Below, piece by piece: positions 1 through 10,453 of a stretch of 64,000 nt of DNA. The notes beneath the pieces were generated by a model that saw only the letters and a program-made list of their open reading frames with translations, was not told where the DNA came from and did no database searches. The position numbers and the translations under genes were made by a program. The DNA lies in the NCBI GenBank assembly GCA_002269645.1, contig NIVC01001346.1, positions 1 to 64,000 on the forward strand. The letters are read 5' to 3'. The first letter of the stretch is position 1. Every line of letters begins with the position of its first letter. This DNA is from Macrostomum lignano (taxonomy: Eukaryota).

Positions 1-314
1 ACCTTTGTCTCTTGCAATCTTTTGCAATTCCAGCTGGTGGGCTCTATCATTCCCAGCTTTAACAGCAGTTGCTACACCTCCAGCTACACCACCTGCGGCA
101 CTTACAGCGCCTGCAATGATCGGAATAAGAGCTGCTAATGGTAGGATTCCTCCTGACTTTTCATCTGTGATGCTGTGTCTTTGCTCATTACACTGAAGTA
201 TTTGCTGCGTGGGATCGATTTTTACTTTGCACCTTTAATTGATATAATACCTGGTTTCTTTGATTCAATGATTTTATTGAGTTTATTGATGGTTCTGGTT
301 TCAATCTTTGTCAT
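1..314 (-). pseudogene. Adenovirus pX/mu-like core protein of Polinton; frameshifted near 235 and running off the window edge
   Basis: Manual translation: MTKIETRTINKLNKIIESKKPGIISIKG [shift] CKVKIDPTQQILQCNEQRHSITDEKSGG-ILPLAALIPIIAGAVSAAGGVAGGVATAVKAGNDRAHQLELQKIARDKG. The GG/ILPL hydrophobic segment resembles the adenovirus pX C-terminus (GGILPLLIPLIAAAIGA). Not in the ORF track. Confidence 0.65.
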
Positions 315-330
315 TTTTTATTTTAATATT

Positions 331-1367
331 TTAATTAATTTCTGTGTCAGCTGGTATCACTAGGAGTTCAGCTCTAGTGAATGACCGCGTGGGGATTTAG
401 GGTTAAAGGCTTGAGATAAAAAGTAATAGTCACCGGAGTCGGAGGTAAAATGTCTGTCTATTTTATGCACATCAAGGCTGAAGTATGGATCTGTAGCTCT
501 TCTTTTGGTGTCTTTCTCTAGCTCTCCAGGTAGATATAAAAAGCGTAGAAACTCAGAGTTTGTCAGTATGTATGGTGATTCAACTCCTGGAAGCTTAGGG
601 TAGTTCGAGGTGTGTTTTGTGTTGTGTGTGTTGTGTGGGGTTGTCGTGTTGTTGTCTGTTCTATGAGATGCCTTAAGTTCGACAGTGTCTTGTTTAATTG
701 CATGGGATGGTTTCAATCCAGTCATGCGTGTGACTTCATTGTTCAGTTGCTCTATAACAGTGGGGAGTCTTTCTGTCCACTTGGTATAGTACTGCCCCGC
801 ACTCAGTTTGAGTTCTTGCGCTGTCTGCTTAGTGAATAGTCTCTTGGCTAGAGTTAGATTGAATCTTTCCACAAAAGCCTGGTCTCTGTGCAAGTTTGTT
901 CTGCCATACCGAATCTCTGTGTTTTTCTTTTCCATAAGGGATTTCACTACACCCATGAATTCCTTACCCGGGTCGGTCATAAAGATTTGGGGGTATGTGA
1001 GCGGAGAGTTTTTATAAATATCTTGCAGTGCGCTGGCAACAACCTCTGACTTCTTCGTCTTGAGTGGGCGAGCTTCCTTATATCTGGAAGCAATGTCAAT
1101 AATTGTAAGAGCATACTTGTAGCCTGAGTCGTTGGGGAGAAACAAAAGATCTGCTTGGTGCGCTTCATTAGGTTTATAAATACTGAAATGGGGCCTTTCA
1201 AATTTTACTGGTGGGAAATAGACTTGAAAGACAGCCTGCTTAGAGAGCCATTTTTCTACTGTAGCTTTTGGCTCCTTACTCAGCTCCATGAGTTTACTAA
1301 CGGCATTTTTGCCTACAAAGAATCCTTTGTCGCTGTAGTAGAGTTTTTTAAGTTTCTGATCTGTCAT
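331..1367 (-). CDS. Polinton-type retroviral-like (rve) integrase with a frameshift near its C-terminus
   Basis: Catalytic D-D-E in HQADL, FMTDPGKEF and FVERFN, plus YKYALTIIDIASRY. A shift near 390 restores the typical tail (T)RSFTRAELLVIPADTEIN* with stop at 331-333. Confidence 0.88.
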
Positions 1368-1397
1368 CTATTTAAAAAGAAAATTTTAAATAAAATA

Positions 1398-1867
1398 ATG
1401 CAACGCTCTGGTGGTAAAATAGATTCACATGGACTGGTAGAAAAGCTTCCTCATCCAAACAAAGGCTGGACACTTCCCGGCTATAAATATTGCGGGCCTT
1501 TGAATCCTCTTGAAATACAGCTGGATGGAAACAACAACCCAAATCCTGGGCATGAGCCTGTGAACGAGCTAGACTCTGTCTGCATGTGGCACGACGTTAA
1601 GTATAGAGATTTTCCTGAGGAGAAGAATCGCTGGACAAAGAAATGCTCTGGAGACTCGACAATATGGGGATTTCAAGCGGATTTCGTGAGTCGATCGCTC
1701 GGAAGCTAGTTAAAGCTGTTATTTTTAGTAAGACAAAACTGGGGTTGGGGGTGTACGCCGAGGGCGGGTGTTTGGGGAGAGAGGGCGAGTGCACGGGAGA
1801 GAGGGCGAACGCACGGGAGCAGAGTTTATTTTGTGCGCTCCTAACAATGAATTGGGAAGACTGCTGA
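1398..1867 (+). CDS. Parvovirus VP1-type phospholipase A2 domain protein (PLA2X-like), frameshifted near 1632
   Basis: MQRSGGKID...GWTLPGYKYCGPLN (Ca-loop) ...PVNELDSVCMWHDVKY (HD dyad). It continues in the next frame as DKEMLWRLDN...ARKLVKAVIFSKTKLGLG (ORF 1643-1867). Confidence 0.8.
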
Positions 1868-2696
1868 AAGAGCTGGGGGTAGAAAGGGGCGCTTGAATCG
1901 GGAAGGGCATGAGCAAGTGTGGATTTGAGTAAGTTTTTTATTCCCTAAAGAGTTGCGCACAAGAGAGATTCTCATTCTCCAGAGAGCTAAGAGCAGAAAA
2001 TAAAAAGTCAACCGCTTCGCCGCCACCGTTGAGATTCCCTCCTTGATTGATATTGATTATTGGCCAAATTGCGAGGCCAGTTGGCCCGCCGAGTTGGCCT
2101 CGGCCCGCCGATTTGGCCTCGGAATGTGGCCCGCCTAGTTGGTCTCTACGGTATGAAGATATGGGGCGGGGTAGAGAGAGGCGCTTGAGTCGGGAAGGGT
2201 TAACTATTATTCTCAGCCCTAACCAAGCGCAACAGCTGCATTTTGAAAAGTAGAAGCAGAAGGGGGTGGGGTAACTGCTATTTGCTGAGGGAGCGCAGCC
2301 CTCTAATCGATTTTGCGAATGTACAAGTTCCACGCGTGCTTTCCTTTCCGCTTTGACAAACCCAATCAACCAAGGAAATGTATGGGGACTTCAAGCGGGT
2401 GGAGGGAATCGATCGCTCACCCTCACATTCACACGCCTCATGTTCTATCGTTCACTGAGCTATATCGATTATTTTTTCCCTGCTTGACTCCAAGATTGTA
2501 CAGTCTAAGAATTTTCTGGAATTTTCTAGCTGTATAGCTGTATTTAAGCAAATGCAGAAACACTCGGGTTGATTCTCCCCGCATATGCCATCAACTGCGA
2601 CTGAGAAACGACGACTGCAGGAACTTAAGCACGCTGAAAGTGATCTAAGAAATTGTCCGCCAAACTAGAAGATTAGAAGACAAGAAGATTTAGAAA

Positions 2697-3374
2697 ATGG
2701 AAGTCGAGTGGAATCTTCATTTGACAGATAAGCAAGGCCTTTGTGCCATGCTACAAAGAGTTTTACAGGATATTCCGTCACATCTACAAGCAAGAAGAAG
2801 AGAGGAACTAACCACCTTTTTCGGTCTAGAAACTGGCGACCTACCAATCGAGTTTTTCGCCATGGCCCCTGATGATATCGCCGCAGCGAATGAAGCGCAA
2901 AATGTGAGTAGCGAAGAGAAGAAGGCGGCGGCTCTGCAGAAGAAGATGGCGGATCTGCAGATATTCAGGGAGAAGTTGTACGCATCCCGCGTAACACTAG
3001 CTGATCAGCTGATGGACGCTGTTGATCACCAGCTTCCATCTGGCGAGCAGAACATCATCACTAGGGTGAAGGCGGCTCTAGCAAAATACAAGAAGACTCA
3101 AATTGGAGGTCTACATTGGATTCTCGAAGTTGGGCGGCTGCTAAAAACTTATCGCACCGAGAACTTTGGACAAGATGTTAAAGTGCGGTTCGCCCATTTG
3201 TGTAAAAATGTAAACATCCAGGAATCAACTGGCTATTTGTACATTCGTCTGTACAAACTGTCTGTTACCTACCCAGGCTTGAGACAGGTGTCAATGCCAA
3301 TTAGGAAACTAAACTCTAAGATGAAGTTTCTAGAAGAAATTTTGGCCAGTGATCCTGCGTGGAAAGTTGTGTAA
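2697..3374 (+). CDS. Orphan helical protein (225 aa) carried by the Polinton-like element
   Basis: Uninterrupted 678-nt ORF with normal amino-acid composition between the PLA2 gene and the terminal repeats. No family recognised with confidence. Confidence 0.65.
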   Translation: MEVEWNLHLTDKQGLCAMLQRVLQDIPSHLQARRREELTTFFGLETGDLPIEFFAMAPDDIAAANEAQNVSSEEKKAAALQKKMADLQIFREKLYASRVTLADQLMDAVDHQLPSGEQNIITRVKAALAKYKKTQIGGLHWILEVGRLLKTYRTENFGQDVKVRFAHLCKNVNIQESTGYLYIRLYKLSVTYPGLRQVSMPIRKLNSKMKFLEEILASDPAWKVV

Positions 3375-3394
3375 TTTTTAAATTCAGTTCATTT

Positions 3395-3680
3395 AGAATT
3401 TTTCTAACGCGTTAGAATTTCAAAGAGAAGATTCAACAACTGGAGACAGCCGATTGGTTAAGTAGAGGAGGGTAGCAATTTTCTCAGTACTGTGTGCAAC
3501 TCAGTCGGTGGGTTTTAAATTCTAACGCTGTTAGAAATTTCTATGTGAAAAGTTTCCCGCATGATAAGCTTGGGCACACCAAATTTTCACATAGAAAATT
3601 CTAACGCGTTAGAGAATCTAGCTGCTGGCTCAAAGGAACGCTAGGCTGGCTCTGTATGTTGTTGAAGAATTCTAACGCAG
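3395..3680. repeat. Cluster of TTCTAACGCGTTAGAA-type palindromes including a 30-bp-arm hairpin
   Basis: Motif at about 3402, 3521 and 3600, with a half copy at about 3669. Arms 3521-3551 and 3584-3613 are near-perfect reverse complements. Confidence 0.8.
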
Positions 3681-3988
3681 ATCCTACATAGTGTCTGTTT
3701 TTTCTACCATTTTTGATACTCTTGTAATAGTTAATACATATCCTATCAGCTGTGCAACCGTTAATAAATATATAATTCTTACTAATGAATAATAAAATTA
3801 TTTTTTTTTTCAATGGGTAAGGACCCTGGGTTAGGGGATTTAAAGTTTTAGGGATGTGGTAGCACGTTGCGGATTGAATGTGGGGAGAAGAATGCAGATT
3901 GTTTTCTGATTGTTTCGAAGATGCTATGGGTGGATGTCAGTGGATTATGTCAGTGTCAGTGAGCATAACAGGTGTCCTACTGTTATGC

Positions 3989-4266
3989 TCTGATTCTGTC
4001 AGGGATAATGCTCTGATTCTGTCAGGGATAATATGGATGGATTTAATAGGATTATGGAGGATGTTTTGTGAGCGAGTGCGACCCCCCTTTTTTCTGATTC
4101 TGTCGGGGATAATATGGATGGATTTAGGTGGATTATGGAGGACGTTTTCGGAGCGAGTGCGACCCCCCTTTTTTTCTGATTCTGTCAGGGATAATATGGA
4201 TGGATTTAATGGGATTATGGAGGACGTGAAAAATTTTGTCCCAAAAGCCCCCTCATGCCTTCTACT
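3989..4266. repeat. Subterminal ~80-bp direct repeats, probable part of the Polinton terminal inverted repeat
   Basis: TCTGATTCTGTCAGGGATAAT-like motif at about 3989, 4012, 4093 and 4176; GAGCGAGTGCGACCCCC at about 4070 and 4150. Confidence 0.6.
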
Positions 4267-4499
4267 GTGCCCAGTCTCAGTTGAGAGGATTAGTGCCGAG
4301 TCTCAGTTGAGAGGATTAGTGCCCAGTCTCAGTTGAGAGGATTAGTGCCCAGTCTCAGTTGAGAGGATTAGTGCCCAGTCTCAGTTGAGAGGATTAGTGC
4401 CGAGTCTCAGTTGAGAGGATTAGTGCCCAGTCTCAGTTGAGAGGATTAGTGCCCAGTCTCAGTTGAGAGGATTAGTGCCCAGTCTCAGTTGAGAGGATT
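4267..4499. repeat. 26-bp minisatellite, ~9 copies (GTGCCCAGTCTCAGTTGAGAGGATTA)
   Basis: Direct reading of tandem units. Confidence 0.95.
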
Positions 4500-5491
4500 G
4501 AAACAAATTGAAACAAAGAGAAGGCGAACCCGTTTAAGTTTTTTCTGTTCAAAAAGCGAGCCTAACACACGAGCTAAAAATGCCACAAAAATTAATATGG
4601 CCAATAGCCCTACACAGCAGCCTGTGTATTTCATCTCAATTCATCGCAATTCAATCTACATCGAAACATATCGGCAGGGTGCAGCGGTTTTAACAAACTC
4701 TCAGCTTTCTCAATTCTACTTGATTAATCGTCAGACAAGCTGTCAAAATGATGAAAATGGTAAGCGCATTACGGGGGTTTAAGAGAAACCAGGGATTTAA
4801 ATAGTTAGCCGAAACCACGCTTTAAATCATCGTTCGAGTTTAGCAAAGTTAGAGAAGAAAAATGTAGAACGAAACACATAGACAGAAAAACTGCAGTTAG
4901 GAAATAAATTAAAGCTTATGTAATAATCCTACTGATAGTAGAAAAGAACGCGCATGAGCATTTTAATTTAAATTTACGCTCGTAAAAACACGATTAAAAA
5001 AATTCTGAACTAATTTGATAATGACACCACACCAAATTAATTCTACATGCGTTTTCATCCTCTTATTTTTTAACTAAAAAATAAACCTGATTAAAACAAA
5101 AACGTGTGGCCAATGCAAACCTGATGCATAGCAGAAAAAAAACAAAAAAAACAAGCAAGCAAAAAACGCAATAAATCTTTAGTACCAGTACTGCAGATAG
5201 GCTATATTAGATAAAATATAAGCACCCGATATAACGTCTGAGAATATTTTTTTCTTTTTTAATATCTACCAAAGGTGCGCAAAAGGTATCCGGACAAAAT
5301 CTTGTTGGCTTTGCTTTCCGAGAGTTTGACATACTCCGGGAATTTAAAGCATCATTTGTATAATATGTCTATGGCCCAACTTCTGCCTGGAATTTTAACC
5401 CTGATATGCAAAATGGACTCATGCTGTTCATCCTTTTATTTCGAAAGCTTCGTTTTCAATCCGCGGATTTGCCATCCCAAGTTGTCACAAA

Positions 5492-6746
5492 ATGGCAAGC
5501 TATTCCTTGGATCTCAAGAAGCGTGTCGCTACCGACTTGACTTCTGGAATGAGCGTGCGAATGTGTGCTGAGAAGTACTCAGTAGGGAAGAGCACCGTCG
5601 GTGATTGGAAGAAGCTGCTGGATTCTGGCGACAGCCTGGAACCGAAGGAGAAATCGGGACGGCCGCGGACAGTCCGGACACCAGACTTCATGGCCAACCT
5701 CGAAGCCAAGCGGGCAGAAGACCCAACGAAGACGATGAGGCAAATTGCCCGAGAGGAAGGAGTGCATGAGAGCAATGTCCGCAATGCATTTCGGGAGATG
5801 GGCGTCAGGAGCTTCGTGCAGAGGGAGATCCCCATGCTGAACGCGGATCAGCTGGGGCTTCGGGTTCAACGGTCACGGAGGCTCCTGAATGACCTCAAGG
5901 CCTCTCCCGGAGTTGAAGTCATCTTCTTCACGGATGAAAAGAACTTCACGCAGACACCCTACCGGAATCGCAGCTCTTCGCGCGTGCTGGCCAGGAGCAG
6001 TGTTGCCACTGACTGATTTCGAAAAAAAAACGCAGGCCGAAAAAAATAACGCCAACTTTTTTTCTCATAAAAAGGACTTCCTTGCTAGCCGTATCACTGT
6101 TACCGGATTCGAATATTGTACTTATATTGTATCTATTGCACGTATATTGTGTCTGGTGACTTCTGACACAGCGGCACTGAGGAGCAGTGAGGAGCGGGAC
6201 GCCTTCAACTCGCCACAGATTAAGCACCCGGCAACCATCATGGTCTTCGGCCTCGTCGCTTCTGATGGCAAGAAAATGCAGCCAATATTTTTTGACAAGG
6301 GGTACCGACTGAATGGAGACGGGTACCTTGATGTGCTCCAGAAAGTGCTGCACTGGATTCGCAGTAACTATCCTGACAGGGTGCGGCCGGATGGCAGTTT
6401 TGCAGATGGCTGGAACTTTCGCTTCCAGCAGGACTCTGCTCCAGCACACACTCGCAATGACGTGCAGGCCTGGCTCAGCGCTCACTTCGGGCGCAAGCGC
6501 GTCTGGCTGAAGGAGGACTGGCCAGCCTACTCACCGGATCTAAATCCCCTGGATTTTTCGATCTGGAACCAGGTTGACAAGCGGGCCTGCAGAAGCTTCC
6601 ACACGTCCCTGGACTCGCTGAGATCTGCCATTCATGAGGCTTGGGAATCAGAGCTGACTCCGGAATATCTGGTGAGATGCTGCAAAGCGTTTCGTGGTCG
6701 TCTTGAGAAGGTGATTGCCCAAGGAGGTTCTCCAATCGTGGATTAA
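5492..6746 (+). pseudogene. Tc1/mariner-family transposase interrupted by an insertion (net +187 bp)
   Basis: N-terminal HTH (YSLDLKKRV...SGRPRT), then FTDEKNF, QQDSAPAH and WPAYSPDLNPLDFSIW. Removing the insertion restores ...LARSSEERDAF...KHPATIMVFG. Confidence 0.9.
5998..6179. mobile_element. 182-bp MITE-like insertion within the transposase
   Basis: CAGTG...CACTG termini with AGGAG duplicated at 5993-5997 and 6180-6184. Alternatively a 10-bp duplication AGGAGCAGTG flanking 6003-6179. Confidence 0.65.
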
Positions 6747-7714
6747 ATCGAGTCTGGCATGCAGAGCCGCTTGTTGGAACCATTTGAGCAGCACATTTCA
6801 GCAAGTGGGCCAGGTGATTGATTCGAGGAAGTCTGACGATCTTGAACTCTGTTAGAAAAAGCGACCGCTTCTTTAAATTAAGTTTCACTTTTGTTGCTCA
6901 ATGCCCGCGTTACGTTTCTCTTGTTCGCATTTTAGAAAAAAATCGTTTTTACGTTGTTAAATCGAACACGAGCTTGAAATTTCGCGATTTACGTCATCTA
7001 CCTTTAATTAAGCCATTATCACCTTTCCAGGTGAAAATAGACCGACCTGTTGCATTGGCCACTTTGCTGAAAAACGAGCTACGACAATTTGTTGCATTAA
7101 ATTGCGATGTGAAAATTCATTGATTTTGGGTACAACACGTGCATATTTATCTGTCCTTCTCTGCAACACATGCAAGTGTCCGGATACTTTTTGCGTACCC
7201 GGTAGCTAAAACAATAGAATATTCCTTCTTAGTAAAAAACTACAGTACATAAGAAACGAATAAGACGAAGCTGACAATTTATTCAAATATGCATTCCAAA
7301 TTTGTCAAACAATTATTATACTGTAACCAAAGCTCATTAAAAGATCAAAACAGAATCCATGATGCTGTCAATACGAGGTATATAACCGCCTGACATCCGG
7401 CCAGATATTTACCAAAACTTAAAAAGTTTTCAACAGACCTGCTAGAAGAAAAGCAGACTTCGTATATCAGTTGGATTGATTATACTTTTAGCAATCTTGC
7501 GTGTTGACTTTGAGTGAGAGTGAGCAGGGTGAGCGATGGCAATACAATAATAATAATAATAATGTTACGTAATGATGGTTAAAGCGGTAATTAGGAAACT
7601 TCGGAAAAGCGATTTCGCTCCGCCATGTCTGCTTGTCTACCGCACACCGCAATCCACCGCTGCACGAGTCTCGCTGCCTGTGTTTGCATCATTCAGTATC
7701 AAATCCATTTATCC

Positions 7715-7726
7715 TTACTCGGCGGC
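7715..7726 (-). CDS. YBX1: Y-box protein, predicted last coding exon (AAE-stop)
   Basis: Acceptor TTTCAG followed by GCC GCC GAG TAA, phase 0 matching the upstream donor. AATAAA on the minus strand at about 7277. Confidence 0.55.
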   Translation of the reverse strand, partial: AAE

Positions 7727-7740
7727 CTGAAATTGGAATT

Positions 7741-8600
7741 GATGGGACCCTGCAATCCTCACAGACCCTTTGATGGGACCCTGCAATCCTCACAGACCCT
7801 TTGATGGGACCCTGCAATCCTCACAGACCCTTTGATGGGACCCTGCAATCCTCACAGACCCTTCGATGGGACCCTGCAATCCTCACAGACCCTTTGATGG
7901 GACCCTGCAATTCTCACAGACCCTTTGATGGGATCCTGCAATCCTCACAGACCCTTTGATGGGACCCTGCAATCCTCACAGACCCTTTGATGGGATCCTG
8001 CAATCCTCACAGACCCTTTGATGGGATCCTGCAATCCTCACAGACCCTTTGATGGGACCCTGCAATCCTCACAGACCCTTTGATGGGACCCTGCAATCCT
8101 CACAGACCCTTTGATGGGACCCTGCAATCCTCACAGACCCTTCGATGGGACCCTGCAATCCTCACAGACCCTTTGATGGGATCCTGCAATCCTCACAGAC
8201 CCTTTGATGGGACCCTGCAATCCTCACAGACCCTTTGATGGGATCCTGCAATCCTCACAGACCCTTTGATGGGATCCTGCAATCCTCACAGACCCTTTGA
8301 TGGGACCCTGCAATCCTCACAGACCCTTTGATGGGACCCTGCAATCCTCACAGACCCTTTGATGGGACCCTGCAATCCTCACAGACCCTTCGATGGGACC
8401 CTGCAATCCTCACAGACCCTTTGATGGGACCCTGCAATCCTCACAGACCCTTTGATGGGATCCTGCAATCCTCACAGACCCTTCGATGGGATCCTGCAAT
8501 CCTCAGACCCTTTGATGGGATCCTGCAATCCTCACAGACCCTTCGATGGGACCCTGCAATCCTCACAGACCCTTCGATGAGATCCTGCAATCCTCACAGA
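7741..8600. repeat. 31-bp minisatellite, ~28 copies (GATGGGACCCTGCAATCCTCACAGACCCTTT), in Y-box intron 3
   Basis: Direct reading. Confidence 0.95.
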
Positions 8601-8687
8601 TCCTCTGATAGGATCCTGCTACCCTTAATCATGGATGGGATCCCGAAGAGACCGGAATTCAGTGAGCCGAAAATCCAAGCAGCTCAC

Positions 8688-8918
8688 CTCTTTGTTGCCT
8701 CCACCGCGACGTCGCTCGCCCTGACCGCGGCCAGTTCCACCGCGGCCCCTGCCACCGCCGCCGCCACCAGAGGGACCGTCAAAGCGCCTTGGCGTGAAGT
8801 AATAGCCGTCGCTGCCACCGCCACCGCCTCGTCCGCCGCCTCGTCCGCCACCGCGACCACCGCGGAAGCCGCCGCGACCGCCGCGGCTAGCCGGAGCTTC
8901 AGTAAAACCGTCACCGTC
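8688..8918 (-). CDS. YBX1: Y-box protein exon 3, RGG/Gly-rich tail
   Basis: CAG acceptor and GTGAGC donor. 77 codons: DGDGFTEAPASRGGRGGFRGGRGGG...GERRRGGGNKE, phase 0 at both ends. Confidence 0.8.
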
Positions 8919-8923
8919 CTGTT

Positions 8924-9094
8924 GCGCATGGCCGGAGGGGAATTGCTGATTGATAGCTTCACTTGCGCATGGCCGGAGGGGAATTGCTGATTGACAGCTT
9001 CACTTGCGCATGGCCGGAGGGGAATTGCTGATTGACAGCTTCACTTGCGCATGGCCGGAGGGGAATTGCTGATTGACAGCTTCACTTGCGCATG
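8924..9094. repeat. 41-bp tandem repeat, ~4 copies
   Basis: GCGCATGGCCGGAGGGGAATTGCTGATTGACAGCTTCACTT repeated from 8924 with period 41. Confidence 0.9.
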
Positions 9095-9261
9095 GGACTG
9101 AGCGGGGTACAGCTGACTGCCGGTAATTCGACTGCTAGCTATCTCACTTCCAACAATTTGACTGCCACGATTCTGACTACTAGCCCTAACATAAACTAAA
9201 CTCTAACCTAATAAGTGAATATAGAAGACAGCTAACTGAGTAATGATGGAAATCTAAGAGA

Positions 9262-9987
9262 ATATGGGAGACAGGTGGATGGGGTGATGAGGAGAATATG
9301 GGAGACAGATGGATGGGGTGATGAGGAATATGGGAGACAGGTGGATGGGGTGATGAGGAGAATATAGGAGACAGGTGGATGGGGTGATGAGGAGGAATAT
9401 GGGAGACAGGTGGATGGGGTGATGAGGAGAATATAGGAGACAGGTTGATGGGGTGATGAGGAGAATATGGGAGACAGGTGGATGGAGGTAATGAGGAGAA
9501 TATGGGAGACAGGTGGATGGGGTGATGAGGAGGAATATGGGAGACAGGTGGATGGGGTGATGAGGAGGAATATGGGAGACAGGTGGATGGGGTGATAAGG
9601 AGGAATATGGGAGACAGGTGGATGGGGTGATAAGGAGGAATATGGGAGACAGGTGGATGGGGTGATGAGGAGAATATGGGAGACAGATGGATGGGGTGAT
9701 GAGGAGGAATATGGGAGACAGGTGGATGGGGTGATGAGGAGGAATATGGGAGACAGGTGGATGGGGTGATGAGGAGAATATGGGAGACAGGTGGATGGAG
9801 GTAATGAGGAGAATATGGGAGACAGGTGGATGGGGTGATGAGGAGGAATATGGGAGACAGGTGGATGGGGTGATGAGGAGGAATATGGGAGACAGGTGGA
9901 TGGGGTGATAAGGAGGAATATGGGAGACAGGTGGATGGGGTGATAAGGAGGAATATGGGAGACAGGTGGATGGGGTGATGAGGAGAA
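9262..9987. repeat. 34-35-bp purine-rich minisatellite, ~21 copies
   Basis: GAGGAGGAATATGGGAGACAGGTGGATGGGGTGAT units. Confidence 0.95.
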
Positions 9988-10097
9988 TAATGCATGGGAG
10001 ACAGATTTTGTCGAAGCAAAAAAGATAGAAATATAGGTTAAATATAAAATATACGGAATTCCAAGCAAATCTATTAATACACTCGTATTAGAAGTAC

Positions 10098-10453
10098 CTG
10101 ATCGCCGCCGCCGCCACCGCCGCCAGACCGGTAACCGCCGCCCCCGCGACCACCACCGCCGCCGCCGCCGCCGCCGCCGCCGCGGTTGCTCTGCCTGTCA
10201 GAAGCGTACTCGCTGCCTTTGACAGCGGTACCACCTGGTCCAGTAACATTAGCCGCCTCCAGGCCTTTGTCGCCTTGCACTACATCAAATTCCACTTGTT
10301 CGCCGTCGCCAACGCTGCGTTGAAATTTGCGCGGATTGTTCTTCACAATGGCGGACTGGTGGACGAAGATGTCCTCTTTAGTGTCGTCTCGGTTGACAAA
10401 ACCATAGCCGTTTTTCACGTTGAACCACTTCACTGTGCCAGTGACCTTTGTGG
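10098..10453 (-). CDS. YBX1: Y-box protein exon 2, cold-shock domain
   Basis: (A)[74 protein letters not shown] closely matches the YB-1 CSD. CAG acceptor (phase 1) and GTACTT donor (phase 0). Confidence 0.95.

Larger units (their letters stand above)
1..4266. mobile_element. Right arm of a Polinton/Maverick (adintovirus-like) endogenous dsDNA virus; left part lies outside the window
   Basis: Clustered Polinton-type integrase, parvovirus-like PLA2 and adenovirus pX-like genes with very short AT-rich spacers. Repeat-rich subterminal region ends ...CTTCTACT at 4266, whose reverse complement AGTAG matches the AG/AGT-type Polinton terminus. Confidence 0.8.
5269..7202 (+). mobile_element. IS630-Tc1-mariner DNA transposon (maT-like), 1.93 kb
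   Basis: Imperfect TIRs at 5269-5296 (CCAAAGGTGCGCAAAAGGTATCCGGACA) and 7177-7202 (TGTCCGGATACTTTTTGCGTACCCGG). TA dinucleotides flank both ends (5267-5268, 7203-7204). Confidence 0.9.

Noticed and set aside
1155-1397. N-terminal extension of the PLA2 ORF given in the track
   Set aside because: It overlaps the integrase antisense and begins at a non-ATG codon. The ATG at 1398 after the AT-rich spacer is the better start.
1938-2369. 143-aa minus-strand ORF as a viral gene
   Set aside because: It lies over GC-rich direct repeats and has no recognisable motif; insufficient support.
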